From an uncultured candidate division Zixibacteria bacterium (GTDB lineage Bacteria; Zixibacteria; MSB-5A5; GN15; FEB-12), in NCBI GenBank assembly GCA_963806185.1, contig CAWDXE010000001.1, forward strand, positions 160,001 to 224,000: DNA of 64,000 nucleotides. Direction: 5' to 3'. This document shows positions 32,374-41,303 of the stretch, one piece after another. The notes below the pieces were generated by a model that was given only the letters and a program-made list of their open reading frames with translations, was not told where the DNA came from and made no database searches. Position 1 is the first letter of the stretch; the number at the start of each line of letters is the position of its first letter. A program made the translations under genes and the position numbers.

Positions 32374-33327
32374 CTACTCCAGCAATGCCTGTGATTGATG
32401 AAACGCCTTGTAGGAACTACGGACCAGCGGCCCCGACTCGACATGACGATATCCCATCTCCTTGCCGATCCGCGCTAACTCGGCGAATTCTTCGGGACGA
32501 TAAAACCGTTCCACCGGAAGATGCGCCAGCGACGGCCGCAGGTACTGACCGATCGTCATAATATCCACTCCCGCCGCATAACACTGGTGCAGGAGTTCTA
32601 CGCACTCGTCCATCGTCTCGCCCAGTCCCACCATCATCCCCGTCTTGACCACCGGGCGCGGCCGGTAGTCGTTCATCCACCGCAATACCTGCAGCGAACG
32701 GTCCAGCTTGGCGGCGCCGCGCACGCGCTTGTGCAGGCGGCCGACGGTCTCGACATTGTGCGCCAAGACGTCGACGCCGGCATCGAGCACGATTTTCAGG
32801 GATTCATACTTACCGGCGAAGTCCGGCACCAGGAATTCGACTTTGACATTTTTATCCTGCCGTCGGAGGAGTTCTATAGTCCGGGCAAATATAGAAGCTC
32901 CCCCATCGGGCAGGTCATCTCGTGTTACGCTCGTAATCACAACTTGTTTGAGCTGAAGTTCAGCTACTGCGTCCGCCAGGCGTTGCGGCTCCTCTAAGTC
33001 CAGACCAACCGGCTGTGCCTTAATGACATCACAAAAATTACAGCCGCGCGTGCAATGACTCCCCAGAATCATGAACGTCGCCGTGCCGCCGTCCCAGCAT
33101 TCCCGAATATTCGGGCAGGCTGCCTCCTGGCAGACCGAATGCAGGCCGTTCCCTTTGACGATGCCGCGCACTCGGTTGAAATTCGGTCCGGACGTTGCCG
33201 TGATCTTCATCCACCCCGGCAGCCGCATATGCGGCACCGCCATCCGGTCCTTCACTGTCGGCGCTTTCGGATTCGGCCCGTGCGCACTGGTCTCCCCAAC
33301 TGATTGGGTAAAAAAGACTTTGTTCAT
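32374..33327 (-). CDS. lipA: Lipoyl synthase
   Basis: CQEAACPNIREC plus radical-SAM CTRGCNFC, and PLVRSSY. Confidence 0.97.
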   Translation of the reverse strand: MNKVFFTQSVGETSAHGPNPKAPTVKDRMAVPHMRLPGWMKITATSGPNFNRVRGIVKGNGLHSVCQEAACPNIRECWDGGTATFMILGSHCTRGCNFCDVIKAQPVGLDLEEPQRLADAVAELQLKQVVITSVTRDDLPDGGASIFARTIELLRRQDKNVKVEFLVPDFAGKYESLKIVLDAGVDVLAHNVETVGRLHKRVRGAAKLDRSLQVLRWMNDYRPRPVVKTGMMVGLGETMDECVELLHQCYAAGVDIMTIGQYLRPSLAHLPVERFYRPEEFAELARIGKEMGYRHVESGPLVRSSYKAFHQSQALLE

Positions 33328-33332
33328 CTACT

Positions 33333-33950
33333 TTAATATACGTCAGGTATCGGCGTTCTCAAGCAAAAATCGTAAGAAAAATATCGCAGCAACGTAAAAT
33401 CCTGTGTCAGTTCGTTGTGGAACGAAACGGCCAATACGTTGCCCGCTTGCACCGCCACGACTTCATTGCGATAGGTGCCTAATACCTCGACGCCCTTTCC
33501 CACGTGGGCAATCTTGGGAGCCCGGATAAATTCCGCTGGTACGGAATATTTCTGATTATTCAATGTAATGGTCAATTCATCTTCAAACGAGAATATCTGT
33601 CGTCCCCAGCCGTTGCGAATGACATCTATATCAATACAGTCCAATGGTTTAACATTCGCTTGGTTATTGACGATGTTTTTTGCCAGAAGGATCATCCCCG
33701 CGCACGTACCGTAGACCGGTTTTGTCCGACAGAACTTCGTCAACGGCTCACGAAGCCCAAACCGATCAATCAACTTGTCCATCGTAGTGGACTCGCCACC
33801 CGGCAGAACCAGCGCATCGACTTGAAGCAGGTCGGACGGGAGTTTGACCAGACGGCAGTCGACCTGTAGTTCGGTGAGTTGCCTGACATGTTGTTCGAAA
33901 TCCCCTTGAAGTGCCAGGACACCGACTCGGGGGGTAACCTGAGATTTCAT
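33333..33950 (-). CDS. pdxT: PLP synthase glutaminase subunit
   Basis: GVLALQG, PGGESTT, GTCAG, FIRAP and SFHNEL. Confidence 0.95.
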   Translation of the reverse strand: MKSQVTPRVGVLALQGDFEQHVRQLTELQVDCRLVKLPSDLLQVDALVLPGGESTTMDKLIDRFGLREPLTKFCRTKPVYGTCAGMILLAKNIVNNQANVKPLDCIDIDVIRNGWGRQIFSFEDELTITLNNQKYSVPAEFIRAPKIAHVGKGVEVLGTYRNEVVAVQAGNVLAVSFHNELTQDFTLLRYFSYDFCLRTPIPDVY

Positions 33951-34051
33951 ACCCGCTTAAACACTTATGGTCCGCTTTATGTGCCGGAGAATATAGGGAA
34001 TTGGTGGGCTGGGGGAAATGCCATATATCGGCAGCTATTTCAATTTGCCAT

Positions 34052-34345
34052 CGTCAATCTGAGCCCCATTAGATTGTCATTCTGGGCCGAAGGCCCAGAA
34101 TCCATGGGGTCGCTTCTCGTCTGCGCTCGAAGCGGCGGTCTGCGCGTGGTCATTCAATGGTTGGCGTACGTCCCGTGCGCCAACCAACCTGCACTCCCCC
34201 CTCTGTCATTCCGGGCCCCCGGCCCGGAACCCATGGGTCGCGACCAGCTCTCAGCTAACACCCACATCACCCGCAAAGCGTCGCCCTGAGCGGAGCCGAA
34301 GGGCGACCGTCTTACGGGGGCCTCAAATGCCGTTCGCCCGTACGC
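34052..34345. repeat. REP-like hairpin mosaic A
   Basis: TGTCATTCTGGGCCGAAGGCCCAGAATC (34075), TGGCGTACGTCCCGTGCGCCA (34162), TGTCATTCCGGGCC..GGCCCGGAAC (34204) and GTCGCCCTGAGCGGAGCCGAAGGG (about 34280). All recur elsewhere in the window. Confidence 0.85.
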
Positions 34346-34436
34346 CGCAGGAACGGCCCCAGATACGCATTGACATTTTCCGATTATGGACTATGTTGTT
34401 GACAGAAACGTTCTCTGCCTGAAACTGGAATTGACA

Positions 34437-35960
34437 GTGAGACTGCTTCTTCTCGTAATTCGATCGGCCGTAATCACGACTCTTCTTTATCTTTCAGCAA
34501 TTGCACAAACCTCCAACCCCGCTGATTGGACTACACGCTCATACAACGCCCAGCACATCGGGTACAATCCGGCCGTCACCGTTTCCTTCCCTCTCTCACT
34601 CCAGTGGAAGAAACAAATGCCGCAGGACGGCTGGGTAGCGTATCAGACCTCGACTATCGGAGACATCGTGCTCCTGTCGTCCTCCTTCTGGAACTGGCGA
34701 GATGGCACATATCGCGCTGGACAGGTGCTCTGTTGTAATGCCCTCACCGGCGATACCATCTGGAATCGCTGGTTTCTAGGCCTATATTACTTCAATCAGC
34801 CGACAGTCGCTGGCGATACAATATTCGTGCGTTGCGAACTATATGAGTCAATGTGGGCTTATGTCGAGGCACTCACGCTGGATAGCTGCCAGTCTATATG
34901 GGCGAGCGGATGGAACTCGCAGGGCAATGGTTTCCTTCCCCCAATCGTCTATGACGGATCTGTTTCAGCGTCTGGCGGCTACTACGGCGGCTTACACTGC
35001 TGGAATCGCTTTACGGGGCAGTCGCAGTGGTGGCAGGGGACGTTACAATACGATTGGTGGACTCCATCTGCCTACCTAGATCGAGTTTACACCTACATAC
35101 AAAACAGTCTGCTGATCAGGGACCGGGCTACGGGGGTGTTACTGGGCGCGATCGGCGCCCCTAACCCCGGACAGCCGCCATATTGGTCGATGTACGCCGC
35201 GCCAATCATCGACACGACTACCATGCGCGCCTACGTGGCGAACGAGAATTGGCTATGCGCGGTGAGCTTAGTTGACAGTACGCTGTACTGGCAGCGAGAG
35301 GGTCAATACGGACGCATCGGGGATAACTTGTCGGGGGGTATCACGCCGGCACTCGCTTACGGCTATATCTACACGGTAGACTCGGATAATCTAGTAGTAC
35401 TCGATACAGCTGACGGGTCGACTGCGTGGCAGTTTGATAAGCGAAGTGCATCCGAACCGCTCAACTATTCCCCTATTGTGGCCGACCATTACGTCTTCGT
35501 TGCTTCTGACTCCGCCACCTATGCCTTGGACGTCAATACGCACGAGATGGTTTGGTCCGCGCCCATCGGCGGGGAATTGAGCATTGGCCGCCATGGCCTA
35601 TATATCTCGAGCAACACTGGCTGGTACGCCGCCTACGGCGGCATCACCACCGACGTCGCCGACCAACCCGACGATATCCTCCCCTCTGACCTAACCCTCA
35701 CCAACTATCCCAACCCCTTCAACGCCTCCACCGTCATCAACTACTCTCTCCCGACTGCAGGCCGTGTCCAAATCGATATCTTCAACTCCCTCGGCCAGAG
35801 AGTCCGGCGCCTTCTCAATTCCGATGAATCCACAGGCGATCACTCAATCACTTGGAATGGACAGGACGCGCAGGGCAACGACCTTGCCTCCGGAAGTTAT
35901 CTCTGTCGGGTGAAAACCGCTGATGCGACAGCCACGCGAAAGCTCCTCCTCCTTCGCTGA
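34437..35960 (+). CDS. Secreted PQQ-like beta-propeller protein with FlgD-Ig/T9SS-type C-terminal domain
   Basis: Trp-rich propeller repeats (ALTGDTIW, DTADGSTAWQF) and LTNYPNPFNASTVINYSLP...RKLLLLR. Start uncertain (34386 or GTG 34437). Confidence 0.82.
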   Translation: MRLLLLVIRSAVITTLLYLSAIAQTSNPADWTTRSYNAQHIGYNPAVTVSFPLSLQWKKQMPQDGWVAYQTSTIGDIVLLSSSFWNWRDGTYRAGQVLCCNALTGDTIWNRWFLGLYYFNQPTVAGDTIFVRCELYESMWAYVEALTLDSCQSIWASGWNSQGNGFLPPIVYDGSVSASGGYYGGLHCWNRFTGQSQWWQGTLQYDWWTPSAYLDRVYTYIQNSLLIRDRATGVLLGAIGAPNPGQPPYWSMYAAPIIDTTTMRAYVANENWLCAVSLVDSTLYWQREGQYGRIGDNLSGGITPALAYGYIYTVDSDNLVVLDTADGSTAWQFDKRSASEPLNYSPIVADHYVFVASDSATYALDVNTHEMVWSAPIGGELSIGRHGLYISSNTGWYAAYGGITTDVADQPDDILPSDLTLTNYPNPFNASTVINYSLPTAGRVQIDIFNSLGQRVRRLLNSDESTGDHSITWNGQDAQGNDLASGSYLCRVKTADATATRKLLLLR

Positions 35961-36008
35961 CATACCCGCTCGTGCCCCCCTGCCTCTTCACCCCTCCCCG
36001 AATTACCA

Positions 36009-37067
36009 TCACTCCACCCAACACGGAAAATCTGTTACCTCAGACACCGTACCGTCAGTCAAGTTGATCTCTGACCGCAGGCATTTGTTTGCCTTTTCAT
36101 CTATCGTGCCCCACAGTTCCATCGTCAGATCGCCTTGGTAGGAAAGGCGCAGACCCCGGTTGACGTCAAACCCCAGCAACGGTGACGCACTCTCTACTGC
36201 TTTGATCACCTGGTCACGTGAGATGATGTGATCTACCGACCGAAGTTCTGGCACTGCGAAGTCACGGTACGCCAGGAGCTCTGGCGGCAACGCTGCGTTG
36301 AACGTCTCGAATGACTTTTCGTACGCCGACGTGTCCATCACGTCGCATAGCCGGTGTACGCCGTCGGAAATGAGCAACTCATTCATGAGTTCAATTCTCG
36401 CCCAATCGACGTGATAGTAGAAGTTGACTATAAAGTACTCGCAATGAAAGCTGTCTCGATCTAGTTCGCGAGTATAGGCGCTGAGAACCCTGACATGAGA
36501 GTCGAAATACTCCTCCGTCATGCCGTTCCTTGCCATGAGCAGTGCTCTCCACAAGGGAAGATAGGTCTTCGGTGCGTCGACCGAGAATACCGGGATCTCA
36601 TAGTCCCCGAATGGCACCAGAAAGAATGCCTTGGCAAGATTTGGCAATGAATCGTTCCCCCAGTAGACCGCCGGGGTCGTCTTGGCCATATGCGCCTGCG
36701 CGAACAACCCGCCGGTCATCGGTGATACGCACACTTCGTACGCAAACGTCGGATACCCCATCGACACCACCATCTTCGCCCCTCTCCCTTGCAGACAGAC
36801 CGGCTCGATTGTGCGGAATGGATGTTTCCCCACGTCCGTGCTGTCGCCCGTGCATAGCAGAGCTGCCAGAGTAGGGTCCTTCTCGAGTAGCTTGTCGAAC
36901 GTGGTGGTTATCTTCGATGGGATCGCAACCACCCCCGAGCTGTCACCGCGCTGATACTTGAAATTGCGCTTCGGACCTTCCCTGCCCTCTGCCTTCCCTT
37001 CCCCCTGGGCCATGACAACGCCAGCCAGCGACGTCGTCACCAGTACGATTCGAATGAGTGTATTCAT
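36009..37067 (-). CDS. Orphan secreted hypothetical protein
   Basis: Long ORF with signal peptide MNTLIRIVLVTTSLAGVVMA-Q. Confidence 0.72.
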   Translation of the reverse strand: MNTLIRIVLVTTSLAGVVMAQGEGKAEGREGPKRNFKYQRGDSSGVVAIPSKITTTFDKLLEKDPTLAALLCTGDSTDVGKHPFRTIEPVCLQGRGAKMVVSMGYPTFAYEVCVSPMTGGLFAQAHMAKTTPAVYWGNDSLPNLAKAFFLVPFGDYEIPVFSVDAPKTYLPLWRALLMARNGMTEEYFDSHVRVLSAYTRELDRDSFHCEYFIVNFYYHVDWARIELMNELLISDGVHRLCDVMDTSAYEKSFETFNAALPPELLAYRDFAVPELRSVDHIISRDQVIKAVESASPLLGFDVNRGLRLSYQGDLTMELWGTIDEKANKCLRSEINLTDGTVSEVTDFPCWVE

Positions 37068-37255
37068 AGGCTCCAAACCTGATGCTCGCCGGACATACTC
37101 ACGACACCCGCCACGGATTGCAGCAGGCTGCGAGTGATTCGGCTACACAACGATAATGGCGATTGTGCTCGAGTACAATGGAGTTCGAGTACAATAATAT
37201 GACGTGAAACGTCCCGTCCCGGTGTAATTGAAAGACGAACCCGGTCGCCGCGGAT

Positions 37256-37605
37256 TGTCATCCTGAGCCCGCTAGATTGTCATTCTGGGCCGAAGGCCCA
37301 GAATCTCGTCGTCCACTGAATCTCCCCCTCTGTCATTCCGGGCCGAAGGCCCGGAATCCATGGGGTCGCTTCTCGTCTGCGCTCGAAGCGGCGGTCTGCG
37401 CGTGGTCATTGTCAGATGAGGCGAATTGGGGAGGTCGTGGTGGACGGCGCGGGATTTGAGGTTGCTTCGTCCCCTTCGGCTCCGCTCAGGGTCCTCGCAA
37501 TGAGTAGAACTCGTGCGGTGTCAGGCACGGGGGCCTGACACCACGTATTCACCCACATCGCTCGCAAATCCCCCCCCGCGCAGCGTCGCCCTGAGCGGCG
37601 TTGAA
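37256..37605. repeat. REP-like hairpin mosaic B
   Basis: Two TGTCATTCYGGGCCGAAGGCCCRGAATC copies (37278, 37331), the nested element 37453-37506, GTGTCAGGCACGGGGGCCTGACAC (about 37518) and a truncated GTCGCCCTGAGCGG. Confidence 0.85.
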
Positions 37606-37628
37606 CCTCGATCGCTAGACGATCGCCC

Positions 37629-38258
37629 CTAACTCCCCAAGAGGAGCCTTCGCTTGTGCTTTACGTGGAATCTCACGTGCTTGGTCTCTCGCGCAATCTC
37701 ATTCCCGCTCGCTCTGTTCAGGAGTCGTGCAAAGAGCTCCACTGATAGTAACGAATCGGTACAAGCTTCTGGCAGTTTGAATGCGTTTCGGGTGATGTAT
37801 CCGCCGGGAACTAGTCTCTTGTGGAAGTAATAGAGGTCGTCGTCATGTATGGGTCTTATGGCCTCTGCTCTTCCCCGTGTATAAGACTCGCGCCGCAATC
37901 GCCTTTCGTATCCGCCCAACTTCTGAGTCCGATACAGATGGCGCTATCCATGCAATGCCCCAGGACGCAGAGGCTGTCTATAACCAGATGGGCAGGGTAT
38001 CAAGTGAGTTGGTATCGACCGCTTCGCCCAGGAAGGCCGGGTTGAAGTCAATTTCGTACGAGGCGACGCGAGTCCCTTAATGTCGAGTTGATACGTGCCG
38101 AACAGAACAACTGGCCGTTCTGACGCTTCCGGGCTGAAGTCTCGCCAAGTCATAGATCTGCAACCTGCACAAAGTGCGATAGTAACAACTGCAGATACGA
38201 CAACCATCGCAGCAACAAGAGAGTGTTGCCGCATCATGAAATTGGATTGTTTCTTCAT
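37629..38258 (-). CDS. Probable orphan lipoprotein split by several indels (or a pseudogene)
   Basis: RBS GAGGT and lipobox LCAG-C. Plausible protein sequence continues through several frames to the stop at 37629. Confidence 0.5.
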
Positions 38259-38319
38259 CTACCTCTTAGTATACGTTCCTTTGGTCTTCTTTCCTAGTTT
38301 TTTCGCTGTTTGTCCAGAG

Positions 38320-38925
38320 TACTTTGACATTGCTCAGGGTGACGATTTCGAGGGTGGTGGACACTGAGGTCCTGAACCTTTAAGAAAAGGTTCAGGATGA
38401 CGAGGTGAAAGGAAGCGCGCCTCGCAATGGCCAGAATTCGTGCGGTGTCAGGCACGGGGGCCTGACACCACGTATTTGCGCTTACTTCGTCCTTCGACTG
38501 CGCTCAGGACGACGATTTCGAGGGCGGTGGAGTGATGCGGGGATGGTCGATCTGTGAGTGACGCGAGGTTTGAGATTGCCACGGCGCGAAGCGCTCCTCG
38601 CAATGGCGAGATCGAGAGTGCGGTGGACGAGGAGATCCTGAATCATAAGAATGCTTCAGGATGACGAGGAGTTGGAAGCGCGACTCGCAGTGACAGGAGG
38701 GGGAGAGAAGCGCGCCTTGCAATGGCGGGAAGGGGATTGTTCATATGTCCAGGCAAATGAGTCCTTACTACGCGCCCTTCGACTCCGCTCAGGACGACGA
38801 TGCCGAGGACGGCGGTGTGGAGCGGGGATGGTCGATCTGTGAGTGACGTGAGACTTGAGATTGCCACGGCTCGTAGCGAGCCTCGCAATGACGGGGAGGG
38901 AGAGAAGGGCCCTCGCGATGAGTTT
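38320..38925. repeat. REP-like hairpin mosaic C, containing two copies of a composite unit of about 120 bp
   Basis: Units at 38491-38605 and 38776-38892, CCTGAA..TTCAGGATGAC hairpins (about 38366 and 38632) and a 39-bp copy at 38438-38476. Confidence 0.88.
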
Positions 38926-38945
38926 CAACGAGAATCGCGCGAGGA

Positions 38946-39326
38946 TCAATCGGGGATGAGGAGAAAATTGACGTTGCCGACATTGGCATTGCGCGTCGGC
39001 GACGAAATTGTTCGCACCTGCGATTTGTAGCCGTGCTTGCGACAAGTCAAGTAGTACGGGCCGATTCCCTCGGTGTCAAAACGGAATTTCCCTTTGCTGT
39101 CGGTGTAGAGGAGCGGGAGGCGAAACGTGTCGAGCGGATATTTCAGGAAGTAGTCGATCTGCGCCGAGTCGATGGCGTATCCGTGCACGGAATCAGTGAC
39201 AGTTCCTGACCAGATCACGCCCCATGAGGGGTCAGCCTCGTGGTCGCAGCCTGCAAAGGAATGCACAAGGAGAGCGATCGCGAGAAGCATAACGAGCCGC
39301 ACAATGTGATATTTATTTTGGCGCAT
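38946..39326 (-). CDS. Orphan lipoprotein with a carboxypeptidase-regulatory-like domain
   Basis: Lipobox FAG-C; SGTVTDS...TDSKGKF...RKHGYKS...VNFLL. Confidence 0.78.
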   Translation of the reverse strand: MRQNKYHIVRLVMLLAIALLVHSFAGCDHEADPSWGVIWSGTVTDSVHGYAIDSAQIDYFLKYPLDTFRLPLLYTDSKGKFRFDTEGIGPYYLTCRKHGYKSQVRTISSPTRNANVGNVNFLLIPD

Positions 39327-39624
39327 GGGGTAGTGTCCTTCGTGAATGCACAATAATGAGTCGAGGGCGCACGGTCAAGTGGGGAGATGAAGGAGCGGGG
39401 TTGTCATGTATTTGTTGGTGCAAGGTGTATGTCAAGATTTTCAGAGTGTATGTCAAACATCACACGAGGGTGGCAACACGGAAAGCGTCGATACCTGCCT
39501 GTCGAAAAACGACAGAGCACAACGCGAGTAGCTTCATAGTGAAAAAAAACGGGCGCGGGCGAAGCGGCAGCGGCTCAGTTTCTGGGTGATGATGCAGGCG
39601 GGTCCATGGGAAATGCTCCTCAAG

Positions 39625-40110
39625 ATACCCCACCGCAAGACGGTGGGGTACGGAATGGTTGTTGGACAGTGTGTCCTCTATATAAGGGCCCCGATCCGCA
39701 TACTGTAGCGATTTGGTAGTGCAAGGGAATGCAGTGGTGGTGCACGAGATATTTCACAGCCATGGCAAGCCCCTACTGCTCGCCCTTCGACTGCGCTCAG
39801 GACGACGTTCCGAAGCCGATGGAGTGGTACGGGGATGGTCGATCTGTGAGTGACGTGAGATTTGAGATTGCCACGGCGCGAAACGCGCCTCGCAATGACG
39901 AGATCGAGTATGCGGTGGACGACGAGATTCTGGGCCTTCGGCCCAGAATGACAATTGAGGGGACCCGGAATGACAATTGTCGTTTGTTATCTGCATTAGG
40001 GGAATCTCAAGAGCCCAAGCCCGGTCCAATTGACGAGGCTTGGGCCCTTGAAATCTGCCATCATCCCCCCTTCTTCCCTCTCCCTCCGGAAGAGGGCCAG
40101 GGTGAGGGCC
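39625..40110. repeat. REP-like hairpin mosaic D
   Basis: TACCCCACCG..CGGTGGGGTA (about 39626), third composite unit 39784-39899, an inverted family-1 hairpin 39926-39953 and CCCTCTCCCTCCGGAAGAGGG (about 40076). Confidence 0.85.
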
Positions 40111-40129
40111 GCCAGGGCACCTCTTTCAC

Positions 40130-40162
40130 AAAAAAAGCCGCCAGGCGTTTCCACCTGACGGT
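40130..40162 (-). terminator. Intrinsic terminator after pdxS
   Basis: Minus strand ACCGTCAGG-TGGAAACG-CCTGGCGGC followed by T7. Confidence 0.75.
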
Positions 40163-40187
40163 ATGATAAATCTCTACTCTTCGCGCT

Positions 40188-41081
40188 CTACCGCGTCTGC
40201 AACTGATGCTCCGTCGGAATCGACTCCGCCGCGATCCCCTTCATCGGCTCACCCAGTCCGTGCGAATGCTCGGCAATGATCGCGTAATCCTGCCAGTGCG
40301 TCGTCGCAGCGACAATCGCCTTCGCCCGCTTCTCCGGATTGCTCGACTTGAAAATACCGCACCCCACAAAGACCGCCTCGGCGCCCAGATGCATGCACAG
40401 CGAGGCATCGGCCGGCGTCGCCACACCACCCGCCGCAAAATTCGGCACCGGCAGCTTGCCGGTCTTGGCGACTATCTGCACCAGCTCGAGCGGGACGCGA
40501 TGTTCCTTCGCGCATCCGTACAGCTCTTCCGTTGCGTCATGACCGTTAACGAACGCATCACCGACGTGATCTCGCGAAGATGCTTCACCGCCTGCGAAAC
40601 GTCACCCGTGCCGGCCTCGCCCTTGGTGCGAATCATCGCCGCGCCTTCGCTGATGCGACGCAGTGCCTCGCCCAGATTGCGGCAGCCGCAGACGAACGGC
40701 ACCTTGAATTCCCACTTGTCGACATGGTACTTGTTGTCGGCCGGCGTGAGTACTTCGGATTCGTCGATGAAATCGATTTCCATCGATTCCAGCACACGCG
40801 CCTCGACAATATGCCCGATACGGCACTTGGCCATCACCGGGATGGTAACTGTTCGCTTGATCTTCTCGATGACATCCAGGTCGGCCATCCGGGCGACGCC
40901 CCCTTCGGCGCGAATGTCCGATGGTACTCGTTCGAGCGCCATGACGCTGGCGGCCCCCGCCTGCTCGGCGATCTTCGCCTGCTCGGCGTTGGTGACGTCC
41001 ATGATGACGCCTCCCTTGAGCATCTCGGCCAAGTCCGATTTTTACCCGGTGCCTTTTATCTTCGAATTTTGTCGTCCACAT
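40188..41081 (-). CDS. pdxS: PLP synthase lyase subunit; frameshifts near 41032 and 40530
   Basis: [43 protein letters not shown] and [22 protein letters not shown]. Confidence 0.95.
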
Positions 41082-41259
41082 GGGGTTCCAGCTCCTTATC
41101 ACTCTTTCACCATCTTGAACGCGCGAATCGGCGGTTCAGTTGCCGAAAATCTCCTGCCTGGATAACCTGTCTTGAGGAAACGGCCGAGATCGCGCGGGCA
41201 ATCACATAATATACTACATGCGTCCAGCATGGACAACCCGTGTTGCCCCGTTCACCAAT

Positions 41260-41287
41260 AAAAAAACCCGCCTGTGCGGCGGGTTTT
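41260..41287 (-). terminator. Intrinsic terminator after the Rrf2 gene
   Basis: AAAACCCGCC-TGTGC-GGCGGGTTTT with A7 on the plus strand. Confidence 0.78.
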
Positions 41288-41303
41288 ACGGGCAAAGCAT
41301 GCC

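Noticed and set aside
38491..39899. Small ORFs in the mosaics (38504-38722, 38643-38888, 38656-39045, 39729-40166, 39754-40029) as a paralogous peptide family
   Set aside because: Their shared peptide (RHCEAR...WQSQ.SRHSQIDHP) is simply the translation of the DNA repeat. There is no consistent start, stop or RBS.
33951..40187. Classical integron cassette array
   Set aside because: No intI, no recognisable RYYYAAC...GTTRRRY attC sites after the stops, mixed gene orientation and long spacers.
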